Source: a phage
DNA length: 44,574 nt
Sequence record: PX063913.1
Direction: 5' to 3' (one strand)
Below are positions 26,123 to 34,421 of the stretch, one piece after another. Under the pieces are notes generated by a model, which was given only the letters and a program-made list of their open reading frames with translations, was not told the origin of the DNA and ran no database searches. Position numbers and translations under genes: made by a program. Within the stretch, counting starts at the first letter, position 1. The number at the start of each line of letters is the position of its first letter.

Positions 26123-27209
26123 TCAATATATGGCGGATCGCATGATTCGCCGTCACATCTTCACCCAGCGCCTGAGCAATGACCAGGCGCGGAGGGTGTT
26201 GGCTATGTGGGAGAAGTTCCGGCCCACGTTACTGGGTAAGCTGACCGAGTTACTTGATGGTAAAAAGTCCATGAGCAACAAGGCGCTTACCACCCTGTTA
26301 ACGCAACTCGACAAGACCGTAAAAACGGAACTGCGCACCGAGTTTAAGGTGCTGGCTGAAAGCCTCCAGGAGTTTGCCGATACCGAGGCTGATTATCTTG
26401 CCGACACGCTAACGGCAGCGATCCAGCCGGTGGTCGCCGTACCGGCTGTCGAGGTGGTTGGCGTAGTTACCGGTGCGCAGATCGCAGCGACTGCGATGAA
26501 AAACCCGTTCCAGGGTAATACGATGATGCAATGGCCCGATTCATTGTCTGAGTGGACCAGGACGCAGATCGGCAATCAGGTGCGCGCCGGATTCATCCAG
26601 GGCAAGCCGACTATGGAAATTATCGCTGACGTGAGGCGCGCGCTAGGCGGTCGTAGTGCGCAAGCTATCTCGAGCGTTGTTAAATCCGCAGTAAACCACT
26701 ATGCGGCGACCGCCCGCGAACTAATGGTAAAAGCAAATGACGATATTCTCGAAGGTCGCCAATGGTTATCTACATTGGACACGCATACTTCTCCCATGTG
26801 CCAGCTACGCGATCGCCTGTTTTATCCGGTTGATGTTACTCCCGACACCAAAGGAAAGCGCGGCGGGAAAGTGGTGGCTGGATCACAATATGGCGCTGGT
26901 CCAGGCAAGCTACATTATTGCTGCCGCTCGACGGAGACGTGGAAAGTCAAAGGTATGGAAGATTGGCCCAGTGGTAAGCGTCCGGCACTGAAGGCCGACG
27001 CAGGCAGATTGCTGAGTGAGCAGGTCGACGCGCAGACGGATTTCTTCTCATGGGTACAGCGCCAGCCGCGCCATATCCTGGAAGAATTATACGGAGTGCA
27101 ACGCGCCGACCAGATTATGCGCGGCGTGAAAGTGCCGAAGATGTTCACCGATTCCGGCGAACTAATGACTATCGCACAGCTTAAAAACCGGGGGTTATGG
27201 CGTGATTAA
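26106..27209 (+). CDS. Head morphogenesis protein (Mu F / SPP1 gp7-like)
   Basis: Position after the portal; region around TSPMCQLRDR...CCRSTE resembles the Phage_Mu_F family. Confidence 0.6.
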   Translation: MAKTINQYMADRMIRRHIFTQRLSNDQARRVLAMWEKFRPTLLGKLTELLDGKKSMSNKALTTLLTQLDKTVKTELRTEFKVLAESLQEFADTEADYLADTLTAAIQPVVAVPAVEVVGVVTGAQIAATAMKNPFQGNTMMQWPDSLSEWTRTQIGNQVRAGFIQGKPTMEIIADVRRALGGRSAQAISSVVKSAVNHYAATARELMVKANDDILEGRQWLSTLDTHTSPMCQLRDRLFYPVDVTPDTKGKRGGKVVAGSQYGAGPGKLHYCCRSTETWKVKGMEDWPSGKRPALKADAGRLLSEQVDAQTDFFSWVQRQPRHILEELYGVQRADQIMRGVKVPKMFTDSGELMTIAQLKNRGLWRD

Positions 27210-27531
27210 ATATGCAGCGATTGGACTGGTTATCGGTCTGGCGATAGGATTCTGGCTAGGCGACTCCTATCGCGCTGGCGTAGTGGCGGAGGCGGCGCAA
27301 GAAGCGCAAGCCCAAGCCCAACGGCAGCAAACTAAAGTAATCGAGCGCTCCGTGCAGGCAGAACAAGCCCGCGACGTGGAATACCGGACTATCACAAAAG
27401 AGGTTGTTAAATATGTTACGCGTCCTAACCGCCCTGATTGTAGTTTTGACGCTGAGCGCGTGCGGATCAAGCAGCGTGCCGTTGACGCCGCTAACGGAGT
27501 CGGCACTGCGACCGCCGTGCAAGTTCGATAA
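27202..27531 (+). CDS. i-spanin (Rz-like)
   Basis: GTG start; N-terminal transmembrane helix AAIGLVIGLAIGFWLG followed by a Q/A-rich coiled-coil-like region; the o-spanin is embedded in the +1 frame. Confidence 0.6.
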   Translation: MIKYAAIGLVIGLAIGFWLGDSYRAGVVAEAAQEAQAQAQRQQTKVIERSVQAEQARDVEYRTITKEVVKYVTRPNRPDCSFDAERVRIKQRAVDAANGVGTATAVQVR

Positions 27532-27643
27532 CCCGTCTGCGGACCCCGACGAAGATTTGATGATTGACGTGAAAAATATGGAATGCGGGGCGAAGCTGAG
27601 GGCGCAGGTGTTGGAGTTGCAGCAGATAATTAAGGGGCCGTAA
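27413..27643 (+). CDS. o-spanin (Rz1-like outer-membrane lipoprotein)
   Basis: ATG 27413 with AAGAGG at 9 nt; lipoprotein signal MLRVLTALIVVLTLSAC with lipobox LSAC; proline-rich mature part; overlaps and extends past the i-spanin. Confidence 0.6.
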   Translation: MLRVLTALIVVLTLSACGSSSVPLTPLTESALRPPCKFDNPSADPDEDLMIDVKNMECGAKLRAQVLELQQIIKGP

Positions 27644-27654
27644 TGGCCCCTTTT
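27634..27654. terminator. Bidirectional rho-independent terminator
   Basis: GGGGCC-gtaat-GGCCCC then TTTT; sits between the convergent o-spanin and the minus-strand gene. Confidence 0.65.
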
Positions 27655-27657
27655 CCG

Positions 27658-28422
27658 TTAGCGAGGAATGCCGCAAATCTCGTTGAGTGTTTTCACATCC
27701 AGCGCCACCGCCGTGGATTTTGGCTTGTCCGGGTAAGGGATGAATTGCTCAACTTCAGGCCATGCCTTGATCAGCTTCTTATCGGTATTGTGCATATCCA
27801 GCACGCCGGTAACAGTTAGTTTGAACGCGTCATACTTAGCCCGCAACTCGCGGCGGGCCTTGTCGTTACGGTCCAGGCGCTTGCAGAAATCATGGTCCGC
27901 CGGGTAGTCTATACGGCCGCGTGGCTTATATATCGGCAGCGCTTTCCCATCCTCGTCCAACTCGCACACTGACGCTAACATAATTTCCTCATACCCAGGT
28001 ACGATATCGCCGAGATCAGGAGACAGCTTATTCATGTATTTATACTCCCAGTATCCGCGATGTACGCGGTATTGGCGACCGTCACCGCTCAAGGACAAGG
28101 TGCGAACATTTCCGCCTGCGTTGATTTCGAAAGTGGCGTCGTAAACGCTGCCGATACCTTTCGGGCGGTCGGTGTTATAACTATACGTCGCCTTGTTGGT
28201 GTATACACAGACGCCGTACATCTGCGACGGGTCATCGCCGATTGCTTCAATGCGCGCGAGTAGCTCGGCGAACGTGCGAATGCCTTCTGGCATACAGTCC
28301 AGCGTAATGGCGTACGCCAGGTCGCGCGAGTCCATCATTATTGATTTGGCTTCTGTCGCGATTTCGTGGTCGCGCAGGATGTTAGCCAGGATCTGATTTT
28401 TAATGTCTTTCGTCAGTCTCAT
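27658..28422 (-). CDS. Hypothetical protein, reverse-oriented gene inside the structural module
   Basis: 254 aa from ATG 28422 (MRLTKDIKN..., GAGGA upstream); own promoter region with ATTGGTTGCA motifs and a bidirectional terminator; no recognisable motifs. Confidence 0.55.
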   Translation of the reverse strand: MRLTKDIKNQILANILRDHEIATEAKSIMMDSRDLAYAITLDCMPEGIRTFAELLARIEAIGDDPSQMYGVCVYTNKATYSYNTDRPKGIGSVYDATFEINAGGNVRTLSLSGDGRQYRVHRGYWEYKYMNKLSPDLGDIVPGYEEIMLASVCELDEDGKALPIYKPRGRIDYPADHDFCKRLDRNDKARRELRAKYDAFKLTVTGVLDMHNTDKKLIKAWPEVEQFIPYPDKPKSTAVALDVKTLNEICGIPR

Positions 28423-28444
28423 TTTTGTGTCCTCGTTGTTGGTG

Positions 28445-28469
28445 TGCAACCAATATATTGCAACCAAGA
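28445..28469. promoter_or_regulatory. Divergent promoter region with two TGCAACCAA motifs
   Basis: TGCAACCAAT-atat-TGCAACCAAG between the minus-strand gene (start 28422) and the scaffold gene (start 28572). Confidence 0.4.
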
Positions 28470-28571
28470 CAAGGATGGCAAGCTAATTTTGCGATTATTT
28501 TTATCGCTGATAATATTAGAAGCGTGAAGTCGAGCGGGTGGCCTGCTCTGCCACAATCCCAGGGGGATAGC

Positions 28572-29273
28572 ATGAAACTTACTAAAGCAGAATATGACGC
28601 GTTGCCGGAAGGTATGAAGGCGCTTTTTGTTGCCGATGGTGACGGGTATAAATCAACGTTCATGACCGCCGAAGAAGTACAGGCGGAGATCAAGGGTCTG
28701 AAAGACAACAACGCGAAGCTGGTTAGCGAGAAGAAAGCAGAAGCCGAACGCCGCGCCGAAGCCGAGCGCCTTGCGAAAGAGAAAGAGGAAGCCGCCGCGC
28801 GCAAAAATGGCGACCTCGAAGCGATCGACAAGTCCTGGAAAGATAAGTTTGCAAAACACGAAGCAGACACATCGGGAAAAATCGAAGCCTACCGCAAGCA
28901 GATCCACGATCTAACCATCGGCAGCGCTGCCAAAGACCTGGCGTCGAAGCTGTTCGGTAAGAATGCGGGCATCATGCAACGCCACGTAATGGACCGCCTG
29001 ACGCTGGAAGACGGCGAAGACGGCAGCTTGAAAGTGCGTGTCTTGCAGGATGGCAAACCGTCCGCGCTGACTATGGAAGAGCTTGAAAAAGAGTTCCGTA
29101 ATAACGCCGATTTTGCATCCGTCCTGGCTGGCACGCCAGCCGGTGGTGCGCCGAGCAAACCGACGCATGTTGTCGAAGATGTGAAGTCGAAAATCTCTAT
29201 GGGCCACAGCTTCGGCATCACCGATCTGACGAAACAGGCTGGTGAAATCATCGCTAAAATGGGCGACGAGTAA
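28572..29273 (+). CDS. Scaffolding protein (putative)
   Basis: Start at MKLTKAEYD (ATG 28572, GGGGGA upstream); charged, E/K/A-rich; sits between the morphogenesis gene and the capsid gene. Confidence 0.55.
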   Translation: MKLTKAEYDALPEGMKALFVADGDGYKSTFMTAEEVQAEIKGLKDNNAKLVSEKKAEAERRAEAERLAKEKEEAAARKNGDLEAIDKSWKDKFAKHEADTSGKIEAYRKQIHDLTIGSAAKDLASKLFGKNAGIMQRHVMDRLTLEDGEDGSLKVRVLQDGKPSALTMEELEKEFRNNADFASVLAGTPAGGAPSKPTHVVEDVKSKISMGHSFGITDLTKQAGEIIAKMGDE

Positions 29274-29278
29274 GCAAA

Positions 29279-29302
29279 TTGCCCGCGAAAGCGGGCAATT
29301 TT
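29279..29302 (+). terminator. Rho-independent terminator (weak U-tract)
   Basis: TTGCCCGC-gaaa-GCGGGCAA followed by TTTT. Confidence 0.5.
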
Positions 29303-29370
29303 GCGAGCGCGTAAATCTAAGGTAACATTAACGGTACTGGGCGAATGCTCACAACTCAAAGGATTTCGAT

Positions 29371-30471
29371 ATGTCTTTAACAGTGTTCCAGCGTAAACTC
29401 GTCACCGCGGTTACGCAAATGATCCCCGACAACCTGAACGTGTTCAACGCTGCCGCTAACGGTGCTGTTGTTCTCGGTACGGGTGAAGTGCTGAAGGACG
29501 TTGTAGAAAAAATGTCCGTAGGCTTGATCGCCAACCTTGTTACCGACCGTAACGCCTACGCCCCTGTAGGTACTCCGGCGACCGCAAAAGTGCTGGCGCG
29601 TATGCTGACCAACTCAGTTAACCTTTCCGCGAAAGTGGGTCCGGTAGCAATCACTAAGGCTATGATGGCTAAGATCGAAACCAACGTTAACAGCGTTGCG
29701 GCTGAGATCGCGGCCCAGGCTACTCAAGCGATTATGCTGCACTACCTGAAAGCGGGTATCGGTGCGGGCAAAGCGGCTATCGAAAGCAACGCAGAGGCAA
29801 ACTACACCCAACCGGCGCGCGTTGACGGCGTTGGCGGTCGTACCTTCCCGACCCTGGCAGACTTCCCGCTGGCAGCTTCCAAGTTCGGCGATCAGGCGTC
29901 TTTGATTAAATCCTGGTTTATGGACGGCGTTACCTGGGCAAACTTCATCGCATACCAGGCGCTCCCATCTGCCGAGCAGGTATTCGCGATCGGCGATCTG
30001 CAGGTAATGGGCGACGGCCTGGGTCGCCGTTTCATTATCTCCGATGCCGCGGCTGACGCGATGGGCGCGGGTAAAATGCTGGGCCTGGTCCCTGGCGCGG
30101 TTGCAGTTACCACCAACGGCCTTGATATGCTGGCGCAGGAAAAAGGCGGTAACGAGAACATTGAGCGCTGGTGGCAGGGCGAGTTCGACTTCAACGTGGC
30201 TGTTAAAGGCTATCGACTGAAGGCGTCCGCTCGCACCCCGATCGAAGGTGTACGCTCGTTCAAACTGGACGATATCACCACTAAGGATAACTGGGAACTG
30301 GACCAGGGCCAGGTAGACAACGCACCGGCAACCGTTCAAGATGTTGGCGCGGTTGGTGACGGCGATACTAAAGGCCGTCGTAAAACCCAGGCTGCGCAGG
30401 CAGTGCCTACCCGTCACATCAAGGAAACGGCGGGCGTACTGGTTACGCTGACTGCGACTACCGCGTCTTAA
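29371..30471 (+). CDS. Major capsid protein
   Basis: 366 aa with AAAGGA RBS, follows the scaffold and is followed by a strong terminator; assignment by position and size. Confidence 0.7.
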   Translation: MSLTVFQRKLVTAVTQMIPDNLNVFNAAANGAVVLGTGEVLKDVVEKMSVGLIANLVTDRNAYAPVGTPATAKVLARMLTNSVNLSAKVGPVAITKAMMAKIETNVNSVAAEIAAQATQAIMLHYLKAGIGAGKAAIESNAEANYTQPARVDGVGGRTFPTLADFPLAASKFGDQASLIKSWFMDGVTWANFIAYQALPSAEQVFAIGDLQVMGDGLGRRFIISDAAADAMGAGKMLGLVPGAVAVTTNGLDMLAQEKGGNENIERWWQGEFDFNVAVKGYRLKASARTPIEGVRSFKLDDITTKDNWELDQGQVDNAPATVQDVGAVGDGDTKGRRKTQAAQAVPTRHIKETAGVLVTLTATTAS

Positions 30472-30489
30472 CGGGCGCACATCCCAAAT

Positions 30490-30514
30490 GGGCGGGCTTA
30501 TGCCCGCCTTTTTT
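30490..30514 (+). terminator. Rho-independent terminator
   Basis: GGGCGGGC-ttat-GCCCGCC followed by T6. Confidence 0.75.
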
Positions 30515-30529
30515 ATAGGAGTGAATGAA

Positions 30530-31030
30530 ATGTATGGCGACCCGCAAACATTTGTCGATTATGCCGCGGCGCGAGGCGTTGAAGTCACGCTGAGCGATGC
30601 AACGCGACACCTTACCGTAGTTAATGACTTCCTTAACGGCATCAACTGGATCGGAGAACCCGCAGACCAGACCGGAATCGACGCATGGCCCCGCATAAAT
30701 TACCCATCGGACGGTAAGCCGGTGCGCGACACGCTCACTGAAGTTGTGGCAGTAGTGCCTGCAGGGCAGATCGTAGATTTTGCATCAATCCCCATTGCCG
30801 TCGAGCAAGCCGTTTACAGGTTGGCGATGTTGGTGGCGGACGAGGTCGATATTTCTCCTGTTGGCAGTGGTAAGGAGACTATCCGCGAAACTGTTGGCCC
30901 GATCACGATGGAATATGACCCTGCGACGATTGGTAGCGGTGTCTCGTTCCCGTGGTGGGATGGCTTGCTGGGCCACTGGATTGACTCCAACGGCAACGCA
31001 GCGGGTAATTTTGACGTATTCCGGGGGTGA
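30530..31030 (+). CDS. Head-tail connector / head completion protein (putative)
   Basis: ATG 30530 preceded by AGGAG; first gene after the capsid terminator; assignment by position only. Confidence 0.4.
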   Translation: MYGDPQTFVDYAAARGVEVTLSDATRHLTVVNDFLNGINWIGEPADQTGIDAWPRINYPSDGKPVRDTLTEVVAVVPAGQIVDFASIPIAVEQAVYRLAMLVADEVDISPVGSGKETIRETVGPITMEYDPATIGSGVSFPWWDGLLGHWIDSNGNAAGNFDVFRG

Positions 31031-31031
31031 T

Positions 31032-31148
31032 ATGAATCCTGCATTACTGGCGGCTATTATCGCCGCAAATACTAAACGCCAACCAGAACCGGAGCCAGCA
31101 CCAGAACCAGAACCACCGGTACCGGAGGATGATAATGGCGGGATTTAA
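31032..31148 (+). CDS. Small proline/glutamate-repeat protein (not in ORF track as a separate gene)
   Basis: 38-aa ORF MNPALLAAIIAANTKRQPEPEPAPEPEPPVPEDDNGGI with GGGGGTGA RBS; overlaps the next gene by 14 nt. Confidence 0.3.
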   Translation: MNPALLAAIIAANTKRQPEPEPAPEPEPPVPEDDNGGI

Positions 31149-31488
31149 TTACGCAGGATTAAAGCGGAAAGTGAATCCGCTGATTAAAAAATTCGGCATG
31201 ACCGTTACGGTTACGCGTCCGGGGTCGGTTGACCGCGTAGACGGCGACGAAGTGGTAATCCCGCCAACGTCGTTCGACGTCATAGGTCTTCGCGAGGAGT
31301 ACAAGCCTAGCGAGATCGACGGAACGCGTATCGTTGCTGGTGATGTGAAGTTTTTATGTCGGGCGGTTGAGCAATTGCGGGTGGGCGACATTGTTAGCCT
31401 GAACGGCACTGACTACCGGGTCGTCAACCCTAACCCACTGCAACCGGCTGGGACGACCATGCTGTTTCAACTACAGCTAAGGGGCTAA
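31135..31488 (+). CDS. Head-tail joining protein (putative)
   Basis: ATG 31135 preceded by GGAGG; 117 aa; by position. Confidence 0.4.
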   Translation: MAGFNYAGLKRKVNPLIKKFGMTVTVTRPGSVDRVDGDEVVIPPTSFDVIGLREEYKPSEIDGTRIVAGDVKFLCRAVEQLRVGDIVSLNGTDYRVVNPNPLQPAGTTMLFQLQLRG

Positions 31489-31489
31489 C

Positions 31490-32083
31490 GTGGCTGAAGT
31501 CTACTCATTCGCCGCCACTATTGCTACGTGGGTGGATAAGACGAAGGAGAACAACGATAAGGCGGTGCGGGCGTACGGAATGCAAATACTCGGACGCCTT
31601 ATTGAGATCTCCCCGGTGGGCGACCCTCGCCGGTGGAAAATTAACAGGGCTTACGCGCTGGCCCGCCAGCACGCGAACAAGGTGAACGCCGCGCAGCGTC
31701 GCAAGAATGGCGGCAAACTGAAGCGCGGGCAGAAAAAGCACGCCAGCGTGCTGGTATCATTCAAGACTAAAAACGGCAACGTCACGTTCCGCCAGCGTGG
31801 CTGGGCTGCGAAGAATTACACCGGCGGACGCTTCCGGGGAAACTGGCAGGTTACGTTCGACCGACCGGCGGTTGGCGCTATCGACCGCGTGGACAAGGCC
31901 GGAACGGCAACATTAGCCGCTGGGCGTGAAGTGCTGGCGCATTACGATTCCGGTGAATACGGGTCGATCTGGTTTACTAACAACGTGCCATACGCGCAGC
32001 GACTTGAGTATGGCTGGAGTAAACAAGCGCCCGCGGGGATTGTTCGCGTCGTAGCGGCAGAAATTAATTCGAAGGTGAAATAA
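31490..32083 (+). CDS. Tail component, HK97 gp10-like (putative)
   Basis: GTG start after AGGGG; TGGRFRGNWQV and YAQRLEYGW resemble the HK97 gp10 family. Confidence 0.45.
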   Translation: MAEVYSFAATIATWVDKTKENNDKAVRAYGMQILGRLIEISPVGDPRRWKINRAYALARQHANKVNAAQRRKNGGKLKRGQKKHASVLVSFKTKNGNVTFRQRGWAAKNYTGGRFRGNWQVTFDRPAVGAIDRVDKAGTATLAAGREVLAHYDSGEYGSIWFTNNVPYAQRLEYGWSKQAPAGIVRVVAAEINSKVK

Positions 32084-32505
32084 TGAGCAATACCGCAATC
32101 CGCAAAGCGCTTAACAGCGTGGTTGAAGAGTTATCGGCAAGCCTGAGCACAAGCCAGCGTCCGATTAGGGTTAACTGGGAGAACGTGAGCGGCGACCACG
32201 CAAACGGCAGCGGTGTCTACCTGGAGCCGTACCTGCTACCGGCCCCGACCCAGTTTGTGGGCTTACAGCAGAAGGGTCGGATCTATGCTGGCGTATATCA
32301 GGTTGCCGTGGTGTTTCCAGCAGGAACTGGAACACAGTACGCGAGCGAACTGGCGGACGCCATCACTACGTCTGATAAGTGGCTGGCGGTGAAGATTTCC
32401 GGTGCGTCATTTCAGCTTCAGGACGCGCCATACACCAGTTCAGTGATTGAAGACGTTGATCGCGCCCGCATCGTGGTTACAGTACCCTACACCTGTTGCG
32501 CCTGA
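32083..32505 (+). CDS. Tail completion / terminator protein (putative)
   Basis: 140-aa ORF in a TAATG overlap with the upstream gene, directly before the major tail gene. Confidence 0.4.
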   Translation: MSNTAIRKALNSVVEELSASLSTSQRPIRVNWENVSGDHANGSGVYLEPYLLPAPTQFVGLQQKGRIYAGVYQVAVVFPAGTGTQYASELADAITTSDKWLAVKISGASFQLQDAPYTSSVIEDVDRARIVVTVPYTCCA

Positions 32506-32566
32506 TTTGGCGCTATTCTGCGCGTGCTGTATCATTAAACCGTATATCTAAACAGGAGTGTTCATT

Positions 32567-33292
32567 ATGGGTTATCAACTTCCTAACGGGTCTAGCGTCC
32601 AGATTGGGTCCGTACTGGGCAGCGGCATCGCTGTTACGGCAGCTACCAACGCCGCCGCGTCGATCTCTGATCTTACGAAAGGTTGCGTTATCACCTGCGC
32701 GGCTTCTCATGGCCTGCAAGTTGGTGACGTGGTTATGTTCACTAAAACCCCGTGGGTACGTGCGCTGAACCGCGCGTTTATCGTGGGTAAAGTGGCGACT
32801 AACGACGTTACACTGGCGCGCTTCGACACCTCGGACGTTACCAAATATCCTACCGGTGCTTTCGGCGTAGGCACACCAGGCGAGGTGGTGAAGGTGTCGA
32901 GCTTTATCGACTTCCCGTTTATCACTAACGTCGCCGTGTCTGGTGGCGACCAGCAGACTACTACCTTCCAGCCGTTGCAGGTGAATACCGCGATTAGTCT
33001 GAACACCACGAAAAACCCGTTGGTCCAGACTTACACCTTCACCCATGACGAAGAAGACCCGATCCGCCCGATTCTGGAAGACCTGGACGACACACAGAAA
33101 ACCACTGTGATTAAGTTCACTAACCCGGCAGCGGCAAGCGGAAAAGGTGAGATCCGCATTTACCCGGCTAAGGTGTCTTTCCAGAAGATTCCATCGGCTG
33201 AAGTAAACAACGTGGAGACGGTGGAGTCCACTCTGACCATGCAATCCGATATGGTTATTTACCGTAAGGACCTGGTTGAAGCGCTGTCGTAA
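32567..33292 (+). CDS. Major tail protein
   Basis: ATG 32567 (MGYQLPNG) with AGGAG at 8 nt; 241 aa; directly upstream of the G/GT chaperone pair and followed by a terminator. Confidence 0.6.
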   Translation: MGYQLPNGSSVQIGSVLGSGIAVTAATNAAASISDLTKGCVITCAASHGLQVGDVVMFTKTPWVRALNRAFIVGKVATNDVTLARFDTSDVTKYPTGAFGVGTPGEVVKVSSFIDFPFITNVAVSGGDQQTTTFQPLQVNTAISLNTTKNPLVQTYTFTHDEEDPIRPILEDLDDTQKTTVIKFTNPAAASGKGEIRIYPAKVSFQKIPSAEVNNVETVESTLTMQSDMVIYRKDLVEALS

Positions 33293-33322
33293 TTTGGTCG
33301 CTTAAATAGCGGGTGTTAATAT

Positions 33323-33345
33323 GGGGCCAGTACGGCCCCTTTTTT
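33323..33345 (+). terminator. Rho-independent terminator
   Basis: GGGGCC-agtac-GGCCCC followed by T6. Confidence 0.7.
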
Positions 33346-33361
33346 ATTGGAGAATACTACA

Positions 33362-33724
33362 ATGGCAAAAGCACCACTCTTCACACTTGACCCTAAGCCG
33401 ACCTTTAAGCTGCCGATTGAAATCCCGCGCCCCGGCGAAAACGAACCAGGCAAAATGACGTTTACCGTGCGCCACCGCCCTATAGATGAATTTTCGCAGA
33501 CCATGCAGGATACTGAGCGCAAGTTGTCAGAATATGACGACAATGATCCTGACGGCTTTAACGTTATGGTCGAGGCCATAATGCACGTCGCAGAAGGCTG
33601 GAATCTGCCGGACGAATTTAACGCAGAGAACGTCCGCCGCCTGGTGGTCAACTATCCGCGTGCGTTCGGCGTGTTCCACACTTCGTACTATCTCGAACTG
33701 ATGGGATTGCGTGAAAAAAACTAA
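33362..33724 (+). CDS. Tail assembly chaperone (gpG-like)
   Basis: ATG 33362 (MAKAPLF) with GGAGA at 9 nt; acidic C-terminus; ends at a slippery A_AAA_AAC before the stop. Confidence 0.65.
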   Translation: MAKAPLFTLDPKPTFKLPIEIPRPGENEPGKMTFTVRHRPIDEFSQTMQDTERKLSEYDDNDPDGFNVMVEAIMHVAEGWNLPDEFNAENVRRLVVNYPRAFGVFHTSYYLELMGLREKN

Positions 33725-34038
33725 TTGAGGCGGCGCGACGCTTTTATGGCCCGCCGCCACCATCCGAAGATTTAGCCGCGAGTTTATGGGGCGCGACCCC
33801 TGAAGACGTTTGCCCTCCGGTTGCACTGTGGCCTGACAATGCGAAGGTAGTCGCAGTCTTCACGGATTGCGCCACGCAATGGCGCACCGGATTCGGTGGC
33901 GCATACGGCATCGACTATGGTGTGCTGGAGTGGCTATTTAAGATGCACGGCATCGAAAACGCGAAACGTGCGTTTAAAGATATCAAGCTAATGGAACGCG
34001 TTGCGCTGGATGAAATGGCGCGACAGAACACCGCATAA
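33362..34038 (+). CDS. Tail assembly chaperone GT fusion via programmed -1 frameshift
   Basis: Slippery heptamer A_AAA_AAC at 33715-33721; the -1 frame stays open to TAA at 34036-34038 and encodes ...GIDYGVLEWLFKMHGIENAKRAFKDIK. Confidence 0.55.
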
Positions 34039-34041
34039 CGG

Positions 34042-34152
34042 AGCGGGACAGGCGGGACGTCCCGTTTTGTCCCGCTCCGCTAAAACTGCATATTTACGCA
34101 CCACAATTGCATAAACTAAAAGCGGGACAGGCGGGACGTCCCGTTTTGTCCC
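34042..34152. repeat. Tandem palindromic GCGGGACA elements
   Basis: Two copies of AGCGGGACAGGCGGGACGTCCCGTTTTGTCCC (34042-34073 and 34121-34152), each with the perfect palindrome GGGACGTCCC, separated by an AT-rich spacer with TGCATA motifs. Confidence 0.8.
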
Positions 34153-34185
34153 ACCCCCAAAATGTGAATGTCTATTCAGTTTTAG

Positions 34186-34355
34186 TGCATAAACTAAGCG
34201 GGACAAAAAGCGGGACAGAATGAGGCGGGACAAAGCGGGACAGCACCCCGTCCCCGCCAGTGCTGCCGCGGGTTTTAGCCGATCGGGACAGGCGGGACAA
34301 AGCCCAGTCTTTCAGACTAGACGGGGGTCAATGGCCCCCCTCGTCTGAGACTGAA
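34186..34355. repeat. Iteron-rich non-coding element, copy B
   Basis: About 85 percent identical to 17217-17395: TGCATAAAC, GCGGGACA units, then the same imperfect hairpin with a different loop. Confidence 0.8.
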
Positions 34356-34421
34356 TAAGGTTTGTTTTAAATTCGCTGATACAATGACCGACGGCAACTG
34401 CATAAAAAGGGGGACTGCATA

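Noticed and set aside
34042-34355. GCGGGACA arrays as a CRISPR array
   Set aside because: The units are only 8 bp, irregularly spaced at 3-7 bp and in both orientations, with no repeat-spacer periodicity.
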